Source: Tubulanus polymorphus (Eukaryota > Animalia > Nemertea). From it: a stretch of 64,000 nucleotides of DNA. This document shows positions 12,401-24,479 of this stretch, one piece after another (position 1 is the first letter of the stretch; the number at the start of each line of letters is the position of its first letter). Both the position numbers and the translations under genes were made by a program. The notes beneath the pieces are model-generated. The model made no database searches. It was not told the DNA's origin and saw only the letters and a program-made list of their open reading frames with translations. Location of the stretch: assembly GCF_964204645.1 (NCBI RefSeq), contig NC_134030.1:18560210-18624209 (forward strand), in the 5' to 3' direction.

Positions 12401-12688
12401 GTAACCCTTCAGTGCTGGCTAATTAACACCCTATAGCGCTGAAGATAATTTGAAAATTCTGAAAAATTCCACCCTAGTGTGTTGAATAATGGAAATGGCA
12501 CTATAGTGCGTCTACACCGTGGCGCGGTGTATTGTTAGTTGCTAATATTTCACTATGACAGGTGTTGCCATCTAACAAGAGAGATAATTAGTAATTACTA
12601 ATTAAATCAATACACCGCAGTGCAGTGTACTAGCAAAATCCATCAGATTCGTACACCGCACTGCGGTGTAGACACACTGAAAGGGTAA
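12401..12688 (+). mobile_element. piggyBac-type MITE family A
   Basis: Slightly eroded TIRs, internal sequence as in other copies. Confidence 0.88.
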
Positions 12689-12972
12689 CTGTGAACTTCA
12701 CTTATTTCACGTGACTAGGACCGACCAGATTCCACTAAATTAAGTAAAATCTAAATTAAGTAAAATCCGATTGATGAATAATTGTTCGCATGGTTCCGGG
12801 TTAAATGGACTGAATAATTCTGAATAAAGGCAGAAAAGTTATGGGATCGAATACTAGGCCTCTTCCGTACTTGAACCGCAAGAAAAAATCATCCAGACCA
12901 GATTTTCTAAAATACCATATCTTTTTCATAGCATTAGAAGCAAAACGTAGAATCTCATCACTTTTCAAGCCG

Positions 12973-13255
12973 TTACCCTTTCAGTGCTGACTAATAAAAA
13001 ATGCTGGAGATAATAAAAATGTTTTTCTAAATTCCACCCCAGTGCGTTGAATAAGGCATACTGTTTTAGTGTCTACACTGGGGTGCGGTGTATCATTAGT
13101 TACTAATCTGTAGGTGTACGACAGGTGCTGACATCTTTCAATAGAGATATAAACTAATTACTAATAACATGAATACACTGCGATGCGGCGTACTAGCAAA
13201 AATCCATCACCGATTTATACACCGCACTGCGGTGTAGATGTACAGAAAGGGTTAG
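12973..13255 (+). mobile_element. piggyBac-type MITE family A, diverged
   Basis: CCCTTTCAGTGC...ACAGAAAGGG with palindromes. Confidence 0.82.
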
Positions 13256-13296
13256 AAGGTAAATACTAATTTCCACAATAAATTGCTAGGAATATC

Positions 13297-13627
13297 CATG
13301 GTTCCCACAGTTACATGAATTAAAATTTTCCAGGTTTCTCCCAAATACTTCATGGGTGATTTTTCAATTTTCCCAAATGGAAATGAACACACACCATCAT
13401 GCTAGTCAACATTTTAGCGGTGACTGGTTGATAAAGATTATTTTCAAGAGAAATCGCTGAAGAAAGTCGCCCTTGGCAAATGCGATACGTAAAATGTAAA
13501 TGAATTTCCCAAATATTTCCCCGATTTGAGAAAAATTCTCAAATTCCCAAATATTTCCAAACAGGGAATCGTAATCATTTCAAAATTCCCAAATTTTTCC
13601 CAATTTCCCTGTTCTGTGGGAACCGTG
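13297..13627. mobile_element. hAT-like MITE (TIR CA(T/C)GGTTCCCACAG)
   Basis: 14-bp TIR with one mismatch; internal TTCCC repeats. Confidence 0.6.
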
Positions 13628-14059
13628 ATAATCGAGGGCTAGTAGCGCGCGAGCCCTGATGTCGAACGTACGCCGAGAATCCGCGTCGAAAAAAAAAAAC
13701 AAAAAAACATTTAAGGTCGAATCGCCATAAACGAAAACGACGAAGCATTTAGTTTGATGAAACGGGACGCAAACAGTCGGTCGCTTAATTAACGTTAATT
13801 ACGATATTAACGAGTAAACGTTTAGATCGTAAACAAGGTCAATAAGACAGTTAATTGGTTAATCGGGTCATTAACGAGCTTTAAATAACGGATAGTTCGT
13901 GTATATGTATTGTATTTATACGCTAACGCTGGTGAATTCAACAGGATGAATTCCCGAACTCAAACTTGACTCGTCTCGACAATACGGTTTTGATTTCAAA
14001 ACCAGCCTCAAAAACCAAAAGAGATTTTTTCGAAAAAGGAAAAATTAGTAACTGGTGGC

Positions 14060-14322
14060 TTAACCCTTTCAGTGCATCTACACCGCAGTGCGGTGTATAA
14101 ATCAGAGATATATTTTGCTAGTACATCGCACTGCAGTGTATTGATGTAATTAGTAATTATCTCTCTTGAAAAATGGCAGCACGTGTCAAACATAGTGAAA
14201 TACAAGTAACTAACGATACACCGCACCACAGTGTAGACGCACTATAGTGTTATTCCCGTTATTAAACACGGCATTATCTCCAGCACTATAGGGTATTAAC
14301 TAGTCAGCACTGAAAGGGTTAA
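14060..14322 (-). mobile_element. piggyBac-type MITE family A, inverted
   Basis: TTAA flanks, TIRs, small internal deletion. Confidence 0.88.
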
Positions 14323-14685
14323 TGGGATACCAGCACTCACCAGATGGCGCAAGACATCAGTCATTTGTAGCGAAAATGAACTGATTTTCAACTGGATTTT
14401 TAGGCTTCAAAATAAAAAAAGATATCGAACAAGTCATCGAATGGATATAAGATTCGCTTTATCGCTAAGCGTACGGTTTTGATTTCATTAGAAATTGATT
14501 TCCTTATAAGAGAATTTGACTCTGATGTAATTGAAATGTAGAAGGAATTGAAGCGCGGTAACCCAGTACCGCTGGCGACACCTGGTGAAATCCTCACTTG
14601 CCACAGTTGGATTGCGGGAGCCTAAATATTCGTTGCAAAGTTCATCGAAAATGTACTAATTTTGACAACTGAGACGACACCACCA

Positions 14686-15200
14686 GGATTAGGATTAGGA
14701 TTGAGATTTTATTTACACTCCAACCATTTCTCCAACCATTTCTAATGTACTTGTACCTTGGAACTGGAACTTATATTATAATGTATATTAATATTTGGAA
14801 TAAACATCTTTATAACTGAAAAAAAAAACCATTTCTATGGTACATGGAGGGAGACTTATACAAAGTATACAATATTTACGATTAATAGAAAGTATAAACT
14901 TGTTATGATAAAATATAACAAAGTTATTAACAATATATACATACACTATTTACAACATACTAATTATTGGAGGGATCTATATACATCTAAGCCTTTTTTA
15001 ATGAATTTTGCAAGGTGGATTGTAGGATTTTTTAGAATATCGAGATTTCCAAAAGAGTTCAGATTCAAAATATTTTCACGGATTTCATTCAGTAGGTTGC
15101 AGTTAAAAATAAAATGCTATTCATCACCTAAAACATTACGAGCCGAACATAACCTATCATTTCTATCTAACGGAAGATTTGATAATTTATTTACAGGCAA
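14686..15200 (-). mobile_element. decayed non-LTR retrotransposon 3' end
   Basis: Minus frame reads DRLCSARNVLGDE*HFIFNC...LAKFIK, a remnant of the C-terminal CCHC motif of LINE ORF2, then an AT-rich UTR and a short (AATCCT)n tail. Confidence 0.6.
14734..14837 (+). mobile_element. short poly(A) retro-insertion with 11-bp target-site duplication
   Basis: AACCATTTCTA (14734-14744) ... AATAAA (14799) ... A10 ... AACCATTTCTA (14827-14837). Confidence 0.65.
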
Positions 15201-16623
15201 GAGATAAGACCCGATTGACCTGTTGCTCGTCACGCCATCTGGTGGGATAGCTGGTGTTGCGGGTTCCCCATTGATGCAGTACTTGATACCAGGTGGATGC
15301 TCAATGAGGACTCTACGTTCGACTGTGGCAATCGAGGATTCCACTTGTGGCAAGCGAGGATCCGCCAAGTGTCGCTAGTGTGCACTCAAAAAACAACTCC
15401 CGGATTTCTTCTCAGATTCAATTAAAGTCTATCCATAATTTCGCAAATTCTTTGAATGATGATTATTAAAATCCACCTTATGTATGAACCTAAAGATCAT
15501 CTGAGTTTATCGAGGGGAGTGATTTGCCTAATTTCTGATGAGGGAGGCTAAAAATCTCGATGAAAGTTCATTGAAAATGAACTAAATTTTGACGGGGTCG
15601 TCGCACTGTTACGCACGCCATCTAGCGGGATAGCTGGTGGCACGAAGTCCTCATTGCCACGAGTGAAATATTCGATTGTTTATAATACCTCAGCTTACTA
15701 ATACATCTACATATGACACTAATGCACCGGTTATAAAAGGTTTGGAACGCGAACTTTTAAAAGGAGTCAGATCAAGTGACTGGTTAGGATTATATTCGAC
15801 AATGAAAGCGCGCGGAGCGAGTCATCAGTCGCCAGTCGAATACAGATAGCATTTCGGATGAAAAATTACGCGAAGCGCTCGCGGCTTACACACTCCCTGA
15901 CGGTGTGTGTCGATGACACCTCCTTTCTCATCAGCGCCAGTAAGAAATAAGTGTTTTAGCAGAGTGTTTGTGACACCAGATTCCATTAGGATGAAAGCCC
16001 GCCCTTTAAACGTGAATAAACACATTCATCAACGTTTTTTAGTCGCGGCGTGGCTGCGGATGACGGGGTGGGGGGTGCGGGGTTCCTACTCGAACTGGCT
16101 CAATAAACTAAACTAGACCAAGAGACATTGTAGTCTTGTGCCATAGGCCTGTGCAATTCACCCATTTAGGTTATACTGTCCAACCCCTTTACACAGGATT
16201 TCGGACTAATCCGGGCAATTTTTGCATTCCACTAGCATACAAGAAAATTACGTTTTATCTCAATTTCCCGTGAACTGGGTGAATTTTGTTGGTCGCAAAT
16301 GATCCGAATCAAGTGGATTCATCTGTATAGCCAATCCAATAATTAAACGAGACCATTGGCCGACCAAGACCGGTCTAAGCTCATTTTGGTTCTATAACCG
16401 ATTTAACAACCGAAGCCCATTCCAATTCTATAATCAATCTAACAACTTATGACTGGTCTAAAACCCATTCCACTATAAAACAACTTTAGATCAGTCTTAG
16501 TTTATTTCGGTTCAATAACCAGGTTAACAGCGTAAGACATGTTCAAGATTACTTAGATTTAAGACCATCTTCTAAGTCATCGATCTCCAACTGGACTCAT
16601 AGTTTCAACTAATAACTCATGAT

Positions 16624-16919
16624 TTAACCCTTTCAGTGCTGACTAATCAATACCCTATAGTGCTGGAGATAATTTGAAAATTTTAAAAAATTCCACCCTA
16701 GTGTGTTGAATAACGGGAATACCACTATAGTGTGTCTACACCGTGGCGCGGTGTATCGTAAGTTACTAATATTTCTCTATGTTTGACAGGTGCTGCCATC
16801 TTTCAATGGAGATAAAAACTAATCACTTATTACATCAATATACCGCAGTGCGGTGTACTAGCAAAATACATCACCGATTCATTCACCGCACTGCGGTGTA
16901 GACACACTGAAAGGGTTAA
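16624..16919 (+). mobile_element. piggyBac-type MITE family A, full length
   Basis: TTAA flanks, TIRs, three palindromes. Confidence 0.9.
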
Positions 16920-17764
16920 TTGAATTGTCGAAGTCAGCGATAATGTAGTCTCCTTAGCAACTTCATCACAATTTCACCGAATCAGTGAAGTCATCGAGAA
17001 TGAGAAGGCCCTGTAAATATTGAGATAATCTCGGGGATCAGTTAATCCCTACAGTCAATCAGACACTAGTAGAATTACAACGCTAATTGTGTATAGTAGT
17101 GTCACTAAGTGCTAAACCGCAGGTGTTCTATTTATCGATGTGAATCTATCAAATATTCAAAAGCCGGCTACTGTTTCACGAATTGGATGAATAATCAATG
17201 TTAATTTCAGAGACTGGGGGATAGGATGGGGGAGAGACGAGTGCGAGTGAGTAAGGTGTAGAGGATTGAAAAAAGAGAACTGAACTGCAAAATATGCGAA
17301 AAGGGAAAGATCCTGTAAAAGGGGGGGGGGGGTTGGGAAAATGATGAAAGGGAAGGAAGAGGTGAGGAAAAAGTTGGGAAAATGATGGGAGGTGGAAATA
17401 TGGCTGGATAAGATTGTGAGAGGGGTTTGATAGGTGGGGTGAGGCAAGGAGAACAGGATGGGTCGGTTTAACCCTCTCATGCCGTATACGGTCATATCGA
17501 TCAGATTTAGCTAACTCACCAGACCTTCGTAAAAAAGCGCTGCCTTTTAAATACTAACTTCATGTGAAACCAGGGGAAGGTCGGCCGTGCGACTGCCGTC
17601 GTTGTAAGAAGATCGCATCGTGTAGTGAGACTAACCCTACGTCTGGTCTAAGACATTCGAAGATCGCAATTTCATCGTTGAAGTGCATAGAAATTGTCGA
17701 TTTCATGGAGAAAAAGAGGGGCACGCTGAACACCTTAACGGTCAAGAGTAAAGTTAAGTAAATC

Positions 17765-18165
17765 CAGGGCCCGGTTCTATAGACCGGTATTACCTTTAAC
17801 CCTTTCAGTGCGTCTACACCGCAGTGCGGTGTATAAATCAGTGATAGATTTTTGTTAGTACACCGCACTGCGGTGTATTGATGTAATCGGTAATTATCTC
17901 TCTTGAAAAATGGCAGCACCTGTCAAACATAGTGAAATACTAGTAACTAACGATACACTGCACCGCGGTGTAGACGCACTATAGTGGTATTTCCGTTATT
18001 CAACACACTAGGGTGGAATTTTCTAAAGTTTTCAAATTATCTCCAGCACTATAGGGTATTAATTAGTCAGCACTGAAAGGGTTAACCCAGGGGCAAAGTA
18101 AATTGAAAATGAATTGAGTTAGCCCGCGGGTTAAAGGTAATACCAGTCTGTGAAACCGGCCCCAG
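17765..18165. mobile_element. CAG-flanked Harbinger-like MITE split by a piggyBac MITE
   Basis: CAG|GGCCCGGTTCTATAGACCGGTATTACCTTTAA... and ...GGGTTAAAGGTAATACCAGTCTGTGAAACCGGCCC|CAG are ~35-bp TIRs. Confidence 0.75.
17796..18085 (-). mobile_element. piggyBac-type MITE family A, inverted, nested in a CAG-flanked MITE
   Basis: TTAA|CCCTTTCAGTGC-GTC-TACACCGCAGTGCGGTGTA ... GCACTGAAAGGG|TTAA. Confidence 0.9.
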
Positions 18166-18564
18166 AACTTAAGATTTAATCGCACTAATAAGATCTAAAA
18201 TGACTTCAAACAATAAGATTGACCAGTTGTCGACTGATGTCCGATCTATTATCGACCAGTGTCTGATACAAACTTTCTGCCAAGTAACAGCCATTACCAC
18301 AGAACAGAATCGTCATCGGTCATCATTCGATATTTCGATGTGCTGGAATATTTGTCACAGTAAATTGATCGTTTTGATGCGGCTGCGAGGGATGCGAGAG
18401 ATGCGAGGGATGACCACCGTCTCCAGCCGAGACAAATTCCATCAACATAAATATTAATCAGAAACCGGTCGGGTCAAACTTCATCATCAAACGGACTGAT
18501 CTTAGGAAGATAACAGCGAATATATATGCTAGTCTAAAAAACTATCCCTGTATCAAAGATCGAA

Positions 18565-19030
18565 TCAAAAACCAGCCCCTGCAGGGTTTGGGTTAAAACA
18601 GGTCTATAAAACCAGCCGCTGCAGGGTTAAGGTTAAAACTGGTCTATAAAACCAGCCCCTGCAGGGTTTAGGTTAAAACTGGTCTATAAAACCAGCCGCT
18701 GCAGGGTTAAGGTTAAAACTGGTCTATAAAACCAGCCCCTGCAGAGTTTAGGTTAAAACTGGCCTAAAAAACCAGCCCCTGCAGGGTTTAGGTTAAAACT
18801 GGTCTATAAAACCAGCCCCTGCAGGGTTTAGGTTAAAACTGGTCTCTAAAACCAACCCCTATAGCGTTCAAGTAAAACCAGTCTGTAAAACCAACCCTAA
18901 AACATGTAAACCTGAAATCTAAAAACCCATCTACAAAACCAGGCCAAAAGTTACAACTAAAACTGGTTACCAATGAATCGAGCCTCTGCAGGTTAAATGA
19001 AATGAAAACATGTCCATAAAACCAGAGAAT
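18565..19030. repeat. 40-bp minisatellite (AAAACCAGCCCCTGCAGGGTTTAGGTTAAAACTGGTCTAT)
   Basis: About 7 near-perfect and several decayed units. Confidence 0.93.
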
Positions 19031-19381
19031 CAAACGTTAAGAATTCAAAGAAATCTAAAGACTATTGATAATCAATGATGGTCGCGTCATTTCCGAGGAT
19101 ATTTTTTTGATTTACGGATCGCGGTAAGTAATTCGATAAACAAAAGTTACACCTTTCGCTTCCTATTGATTTTCTTCATTACGGAATACCGCGCGGCGAT
19201 CTACGACCTAACAATGGTTGTCGTAGCGACCCGGGTTGCCGAGGATTTTTTACGTCGCGGAATTTTATCGACGCCGAGGAATTCGCCGAGATTACTAAAT
19301 AACGCGGGTTATTGGATGTCCCGAACGAATAGGAATTCAAATTTGTTTTTATTGCTACGTAATTTTCTTACAGCGCGGCGC

Positions 19382-19955
19382 TTAACCCTTTCGGTGCGTG
19401 TACCCCTACGATACGGTGTATAATCCCCCCGAACTATATTGCGCTTACCCCCTAGTGCGGCGTATGCACAGAATTATCAATAAGTAACAATTATTGAAAG
19501 ATATCAGCAACTGTCAACCCTTTCAGTGTGTATACCCCACAATGCGGTGTATTATCCACCCTTACTTTATTGTGCCTACCCCGTAGTACGGTGTATACAC
19601 GGAAAAATCTATAAGTCAGAACTATTGAGAGATATCATCAGCACCTGTCAACCCTTTCAGTGTATACCCCACAATGCAGTGTATTATCCACCAACACTTT
19701 TTCATGGCTACCCCATAGTGCGATGTATACATTGAATTGGCAATTCATAAAGATTATTGGAAGATATCAGCACCTGTCAAACATTGTAAATATTTGTAAC
19801 TAACAATACGCCGCACTGTGATGAAGACACAGCATCGTGGTATTCCCATCATACACCGTACTACGATGAAATTTTCCACCAAAAAAAGCAAATTTTAAGG
19901 TATGAAACTTCTTTTGTTTCCAGAGGTTGAAATATCAATTAAGCCGGAACTGAAG
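19382..19955 (-). mobile_element. family-A-related piggyBac-type element with a triplicated ~135-bp end
   Basis: ACCCTTTC(A/G)GTG end motif recurs at about 19385, 19517 and 19651, each followed by two degenerate palindromes. Confidence 0.7.
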
Positions 19956-20554
19956 AATCTATCGTCATGGAAATATACTAAATATATCCCTGCACCCTGA
20001 GTAAGAAATTACTGGAACCAGTTCAGCCGTCTACTGCGAACAAGCCGGTATATCAATTTCGAAAAAAAAATCTAAGAACTAACCTTTAGAAAACGAACTT
20101 TTCAAAGTAGCTTACGAAAGAGCTAACGAAGTGAATAAAACGAGCTCCTTCTTAAACGGACCTTCGAAAGAACCTTTAAAAATAACGACTTTGACCTCGA
20201 AAATGAGCCTAAAGATCAATACCTACAAAAAGACCTACGTAAAATGAAAACTCGGACATGTTTTAATTGGTCTCTACCGATTCCGAAATTCTCTTGTCGC
20301 GTTTGTTTCGACCAGAATACGCTCGACCTATTCGACAATAGCATAATCACTAAACCAGGCAAGAGTGGCCGAAAGAGATTTTTTCAGGTTTTGATCGGTC
20401 CCTACGGATTCAGGAATTCTCTTCTGTCGCGTTCGGTTCGACCAGAATACACTCTACGTATTGCGCAATAGCGTAATCAGTAAATCTGATAGAATTGGCC
20501 CCCGCCCCGGTAGAGGGTTTGTAATCCAGGGAATTATTACCATGTTTCTTCACC

Positions 20555-20821
20555 CGGCTGAATAGTTCATACCCTATAGTGCTGGAGACAATTTGAAATT
20601 TTTGAAAAATTCTGCCCTAGTGTGTTTACAGTGCATCTACACCGCAGCGCGGTGTATCGTTAGTTACTAATATTTCACTATGTTTGACAGGTGCTGCCAT
20701 CTTTCAAGAGAGATAATTATTAAATACTAATTAAATCAATACACTGCAGTGCGGTGTACTAGCAAAAATCCATCACTGGTTTATACACCGCATTGCGGTG
20801 TAGACTCACTGAAAGGGTTAA
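20555..20821 (+). mobile_element. piggyBac-type MITE family A, left end eroded
   Basis: Internal sequence matches family A; CACTGAAAGGG|TTAA right end. Confidence 0.85.
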
Positions 20822-22324
20822 ATCGGAATACGTTCAATCAACCGCGAATATTGAATGACAACAACTTCAAAAGGAACCTCAAGAAAGAAACCTTACACTG
20901 TGGACGACGCACGTAATTACGTAAACCATCTCGGCGAATTCGTTTTTTCTTAATTCAGCGACTCGCGAATCGGTGAAAGTAAATGAATCGTGCCGCTCGA
21001 TTCTTCTACGAATCGTGACGGTGTCGTCTTCGCACGTTTCGATTCCCAGCGCGCGCGCGTTCAAACAAAAGAACGGGCCCCATATTCGATTCACAACCGC
21101 GTCGTTACCACGACGATAATGACAACAATATAACTCATCACCGACGACGACGGCGGCGATATCGCCACGACGACGGGCGGACGATAATCAAAATCAAATA
21201 AACGAGGAATGCGATTAGTCGTAACGCGCGATCTCCCCGGCGATCGCTCGGTGATTGCTGCGGGACCGAGAGTGATCACGAGCTAAACAATTCATTACCG
21301 ATTAAAGACCAGACTGATTGATACTACAAGCGCACTGGGTCTCTGAACGCGAGTCCGCGCAACGAGGAGGTTACGGAAAAAGAGATACAAACAAAACTAT
21401 AAATCAATCTTCTATCATCAGAATTCGATTTCTACGATCTCGTCGACATTTCATCTGATTTGATCAGGGTCACCACAACCCTCAGGGGCGCATCCAACAA
21501 GTGTGCAGGGATGCGAAACGCTCCTAAAAATGTCCAAGTTGCCCAGAAACTTTTCAGGAAAATACCAAAAAACTCTTAATTCATAAACTTCTCCGTATTT
21601 CCACGAGTTAACATTTTCTGACGAGCTTTTTTTTCAGATTAAATTTTGATTATATGATATAGCTTTCGGGATCCACCCCTACCTAAATCAGACCCTAGAT
21701 CCACCCCCCACTACCAAATTCCCTGTTTCCTGGTACTTAAGTACTTTTAAAGACCAAAAGTTGGCAGCCTTCATACATCTCTCACTAAGGTGTCACCAAA
21801 TCGATCTTCATATAAGCGCTTTCTTATGTAGACCCACGCGGAAAAAACGATGACAGCCGTTTGTTCCAATGACATGGAATCTCGACGGCCGGCGCACTAG
21901 CCAGCCGATACCATTTATTCTATAACGGTGATGCAGTCTAGTGAAGGGTGATTTGTGATTTATTCTAATAATCAGTGATTGTGTGTCTAGACCAGTCGCC
22001 CGCCTGTTAGCTGTAACACTCGCAGAGATATGTCATTGTCACTGCGTATAACATACTTGCTAAACTTATATATATATATATATTGTATGTATATATATCA
22101 TGTTTTGTAAGTTACATCTCTCGGGGGATGGGGGAGGGGAGAAGGGGGGAGCAAATGGGGAGTTAGTCGCGATAAACACTAAAAGCCTCTAAAATACGAT
22201 TAAAGGCCTTGATTTCATTAGTTTGAATTGATGAATCCCGCCGGGCCTTGATGAGATGAGCAAAAATAAATTACCGACGAAAATTGAATTGCGCACGCAA
22301 CGCTTAGAGCGCCATCTACACGAC

Positions 22325-22760
22325 CCAGTTCAGTGGTTGCGCTATAAAATCATATACTCAGTTCTGAACCCGAATCCCCAGTTCGTGATCCAGTTCCACG
22401 GTTTAAGACGAATTTTCGACAATTCTGGACCCAGTTCCAGAGCGTATAACTCATTTCCACAGTTATGAACCCAGATCCACAGTTCTGGATCTATTTCCAC
22501 AGTCTAGGACTGGGATCGACAATTCTGGACCTAGTTCCACAGTGCATGACGCGGTTCCCGAATCGTGGACTCAGTTCCACGGTTGCGGACCCAGTTTAAG
22601 AATTTATAACCTAGTTCCACAGTTCTTGACCCCTGTTGTGACAGTTCTGAACCAAGTTCCACAGTTCTGGACCCGGTTTGACAGTTCTAAAACTAGTTCC
22701 ATAGTTCTGAAACCAGTTTCACAGTTCTAGATCCAGTTCCCTACTTCAGAACAAAACTCC
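22325..22760. repeat. ~20-bp CCAGTTCCACAGTT minisatellite (inverted family member)
   Basis: Repeated CCAGTTCCACAGTTCTGGA variants. Confidence 0.85.
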
Positions 22761-23157
22761 GCAGTAACAAATTTATTATTTGCCTCAAGAATTCAAGTCT
22801 TTCGACTAGAATCTTGACTACTTCTTTGAGATTCATTCTCAAACTATAGCAGTTCTTGGTACAGTAGTTAGTTAGTTAGTAATGCATACCAGTTGTCTGC
22901 GGCTGCCAATTTGAGTTGAATTCATGATTAATGGGTTCAAACTAAACTTCAAGAACAACTTTCCCCTACCACAACATACACATACAACATTAACGAGCAG
23001 TTCATTCTACAGTTAAGGTCGAACTCTATGTCTAGGTGTTCTATGTAGGTAGCAGTAATTAGACCGTCCCTGCAAGCTGTAAGCAACTACCAGTCGGCCG
23101 GCAAACTTTGTTCAGCTAAAAATGGCCCACTGTTAGAGATTTCAAGACCATCTTCCC

Positions 23158-23564
23158 CAGGGGTCGGTTCCATAGTCACTTAAACCTTAAGACTGGTCTT
23201 AAGTTGTTAGATTGGCTATAGAACTAAGTTTGTCTTAGACCGGTCTTAAGTCTATGCCATGACTATGCAACCCGCCCTAGGGGCCATTTGCACAGTCGTG
23301 ACGTAAGTCCAAAAGTGGTCTTAAATCTTAAGACTGGTCTTAAGTTGTTAGATTGGCTATAGAACTAAAGTTTGTCTTAGACCGGTCTTAAGTCTAAGCC
23401 ATGACTATGCAACCCGCCCTAGGGGCCATTTGCACAGTCGTGACGTAAGTCCAAAAGTGGTCTTAAATCTTAAGACTGGTCTTAAGTTGTTAGATTGGCT
23501 ATAGAACTAAAGTTTGTCTTAGACCGGTCTTAAGTCTAAGCCCTGTCTATGGAACCGGCCCCAG
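23158..23564. mobile_element. tandem trimer of a CWG-type Harbinger-like MITE (~120-142-bp units)
   Basis: CAG|GGGTCGGTTCCATAG ... CTATGGAACCGGCCC|CAG. Units join at CCCTAGGGG. Core is TAAGACTGGTCTTAAGTTGTTAGATTGGCTATAGAACT. Confidence 0.78.
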
Positions 23565-23861
23565 ACCTGCTAGTATATTCAAACAGTGAGAACGTTTAAA
23601 CCAACAAGCCCATTTGTTACTCGAATCTAATCAATAGTGAATGAGAGAAATTACTACATTTAAACTGTTACAATTCATTCGTTTTTCATTGAATCCCGTA
23701 TTGATAAAGAAACGCGTGGCCGATAAGCATCATCCGAATTCCTTGAGTTTTCCGAGTTTTCAGTTAAAGAAACGATAACCACACTCAAACGTGGTGAACG
23801 GATAATAAGATAAAAATCCACTACCTACAGATTAAAAGAATTGAAAAACAAGAATTTTCTC

Positions 23862-23903
23862 ACACCTGACGATGATCTCTAGGGTGAGATCGAAACGTCG
23901 TGT
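23862..23903 (+). ncRNA. minimal type I hammerhead ribozyme motif (Penelope-like element end)
   Basis: ACAC-CTGACGA-T-GATCTC(TAGGGT)GAGATC-GAAA-C-GTC-GTGT: stem I ACAC/GTGT, 6-bp stem II, both core boxes, followed by AATAAA. Confidence 0.7.
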
Positions 23904-24479
23904 ATTCTATATATTTTAGATTGAATAAATAAATACTTGCTTTTAAATTCTTTTAATCTGTGGATAGTGGGTTTTAGTCTTATTTCAGTTAAACTTTTCC
24001 CTGAATTTCTCGAGACTTTTCTGATTCCTCGGGTTTTCCAGATTTTCCGGGTCAACGGCCTTAAAACGACCTATGTGTCTGCCGTCCCACACCGGCCAGT
24101 TGGACGCGGGCCAAATTGTCCCCGCGCGATCGCGACTAGAATTAATTTCCACCTGTGCTCGCCCGCGACATTTTTAACGACATTTCTCTCGAGACTCTTC
24201 AAAAACCTTCTTCGAAAAACGTCGTTTTTTAATAACACGAGCAACAGGCTGATTGTCTGATTTGAAGTGCGTTCGACCGCCCCCTCGACAAACACTCCAC
24301 AATGCCGATCCTTTTCGATAAAAATCGTAACTATTGTGCGTCTTATTTAATGTTTACTCGTGTTCAATTTGCGGTTCTTTCTCCGAGAGCGCGGAATCGA
24401 ATTCATTCAAACATTCGTTCGTTTGTTCGTGATTTTTATCAACTCGCTTTTATATTTCTGTAATCGACGTCTGGTGGAA

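Noticed and set aside
17815-17833. Resemblance of TACACCGCAGTGCGGTGTA to phage lambda operator sites
   Set aside because: There are no phage genes, and the position next to TTAA-CCC termini is fully explained by piggyBac end structure.
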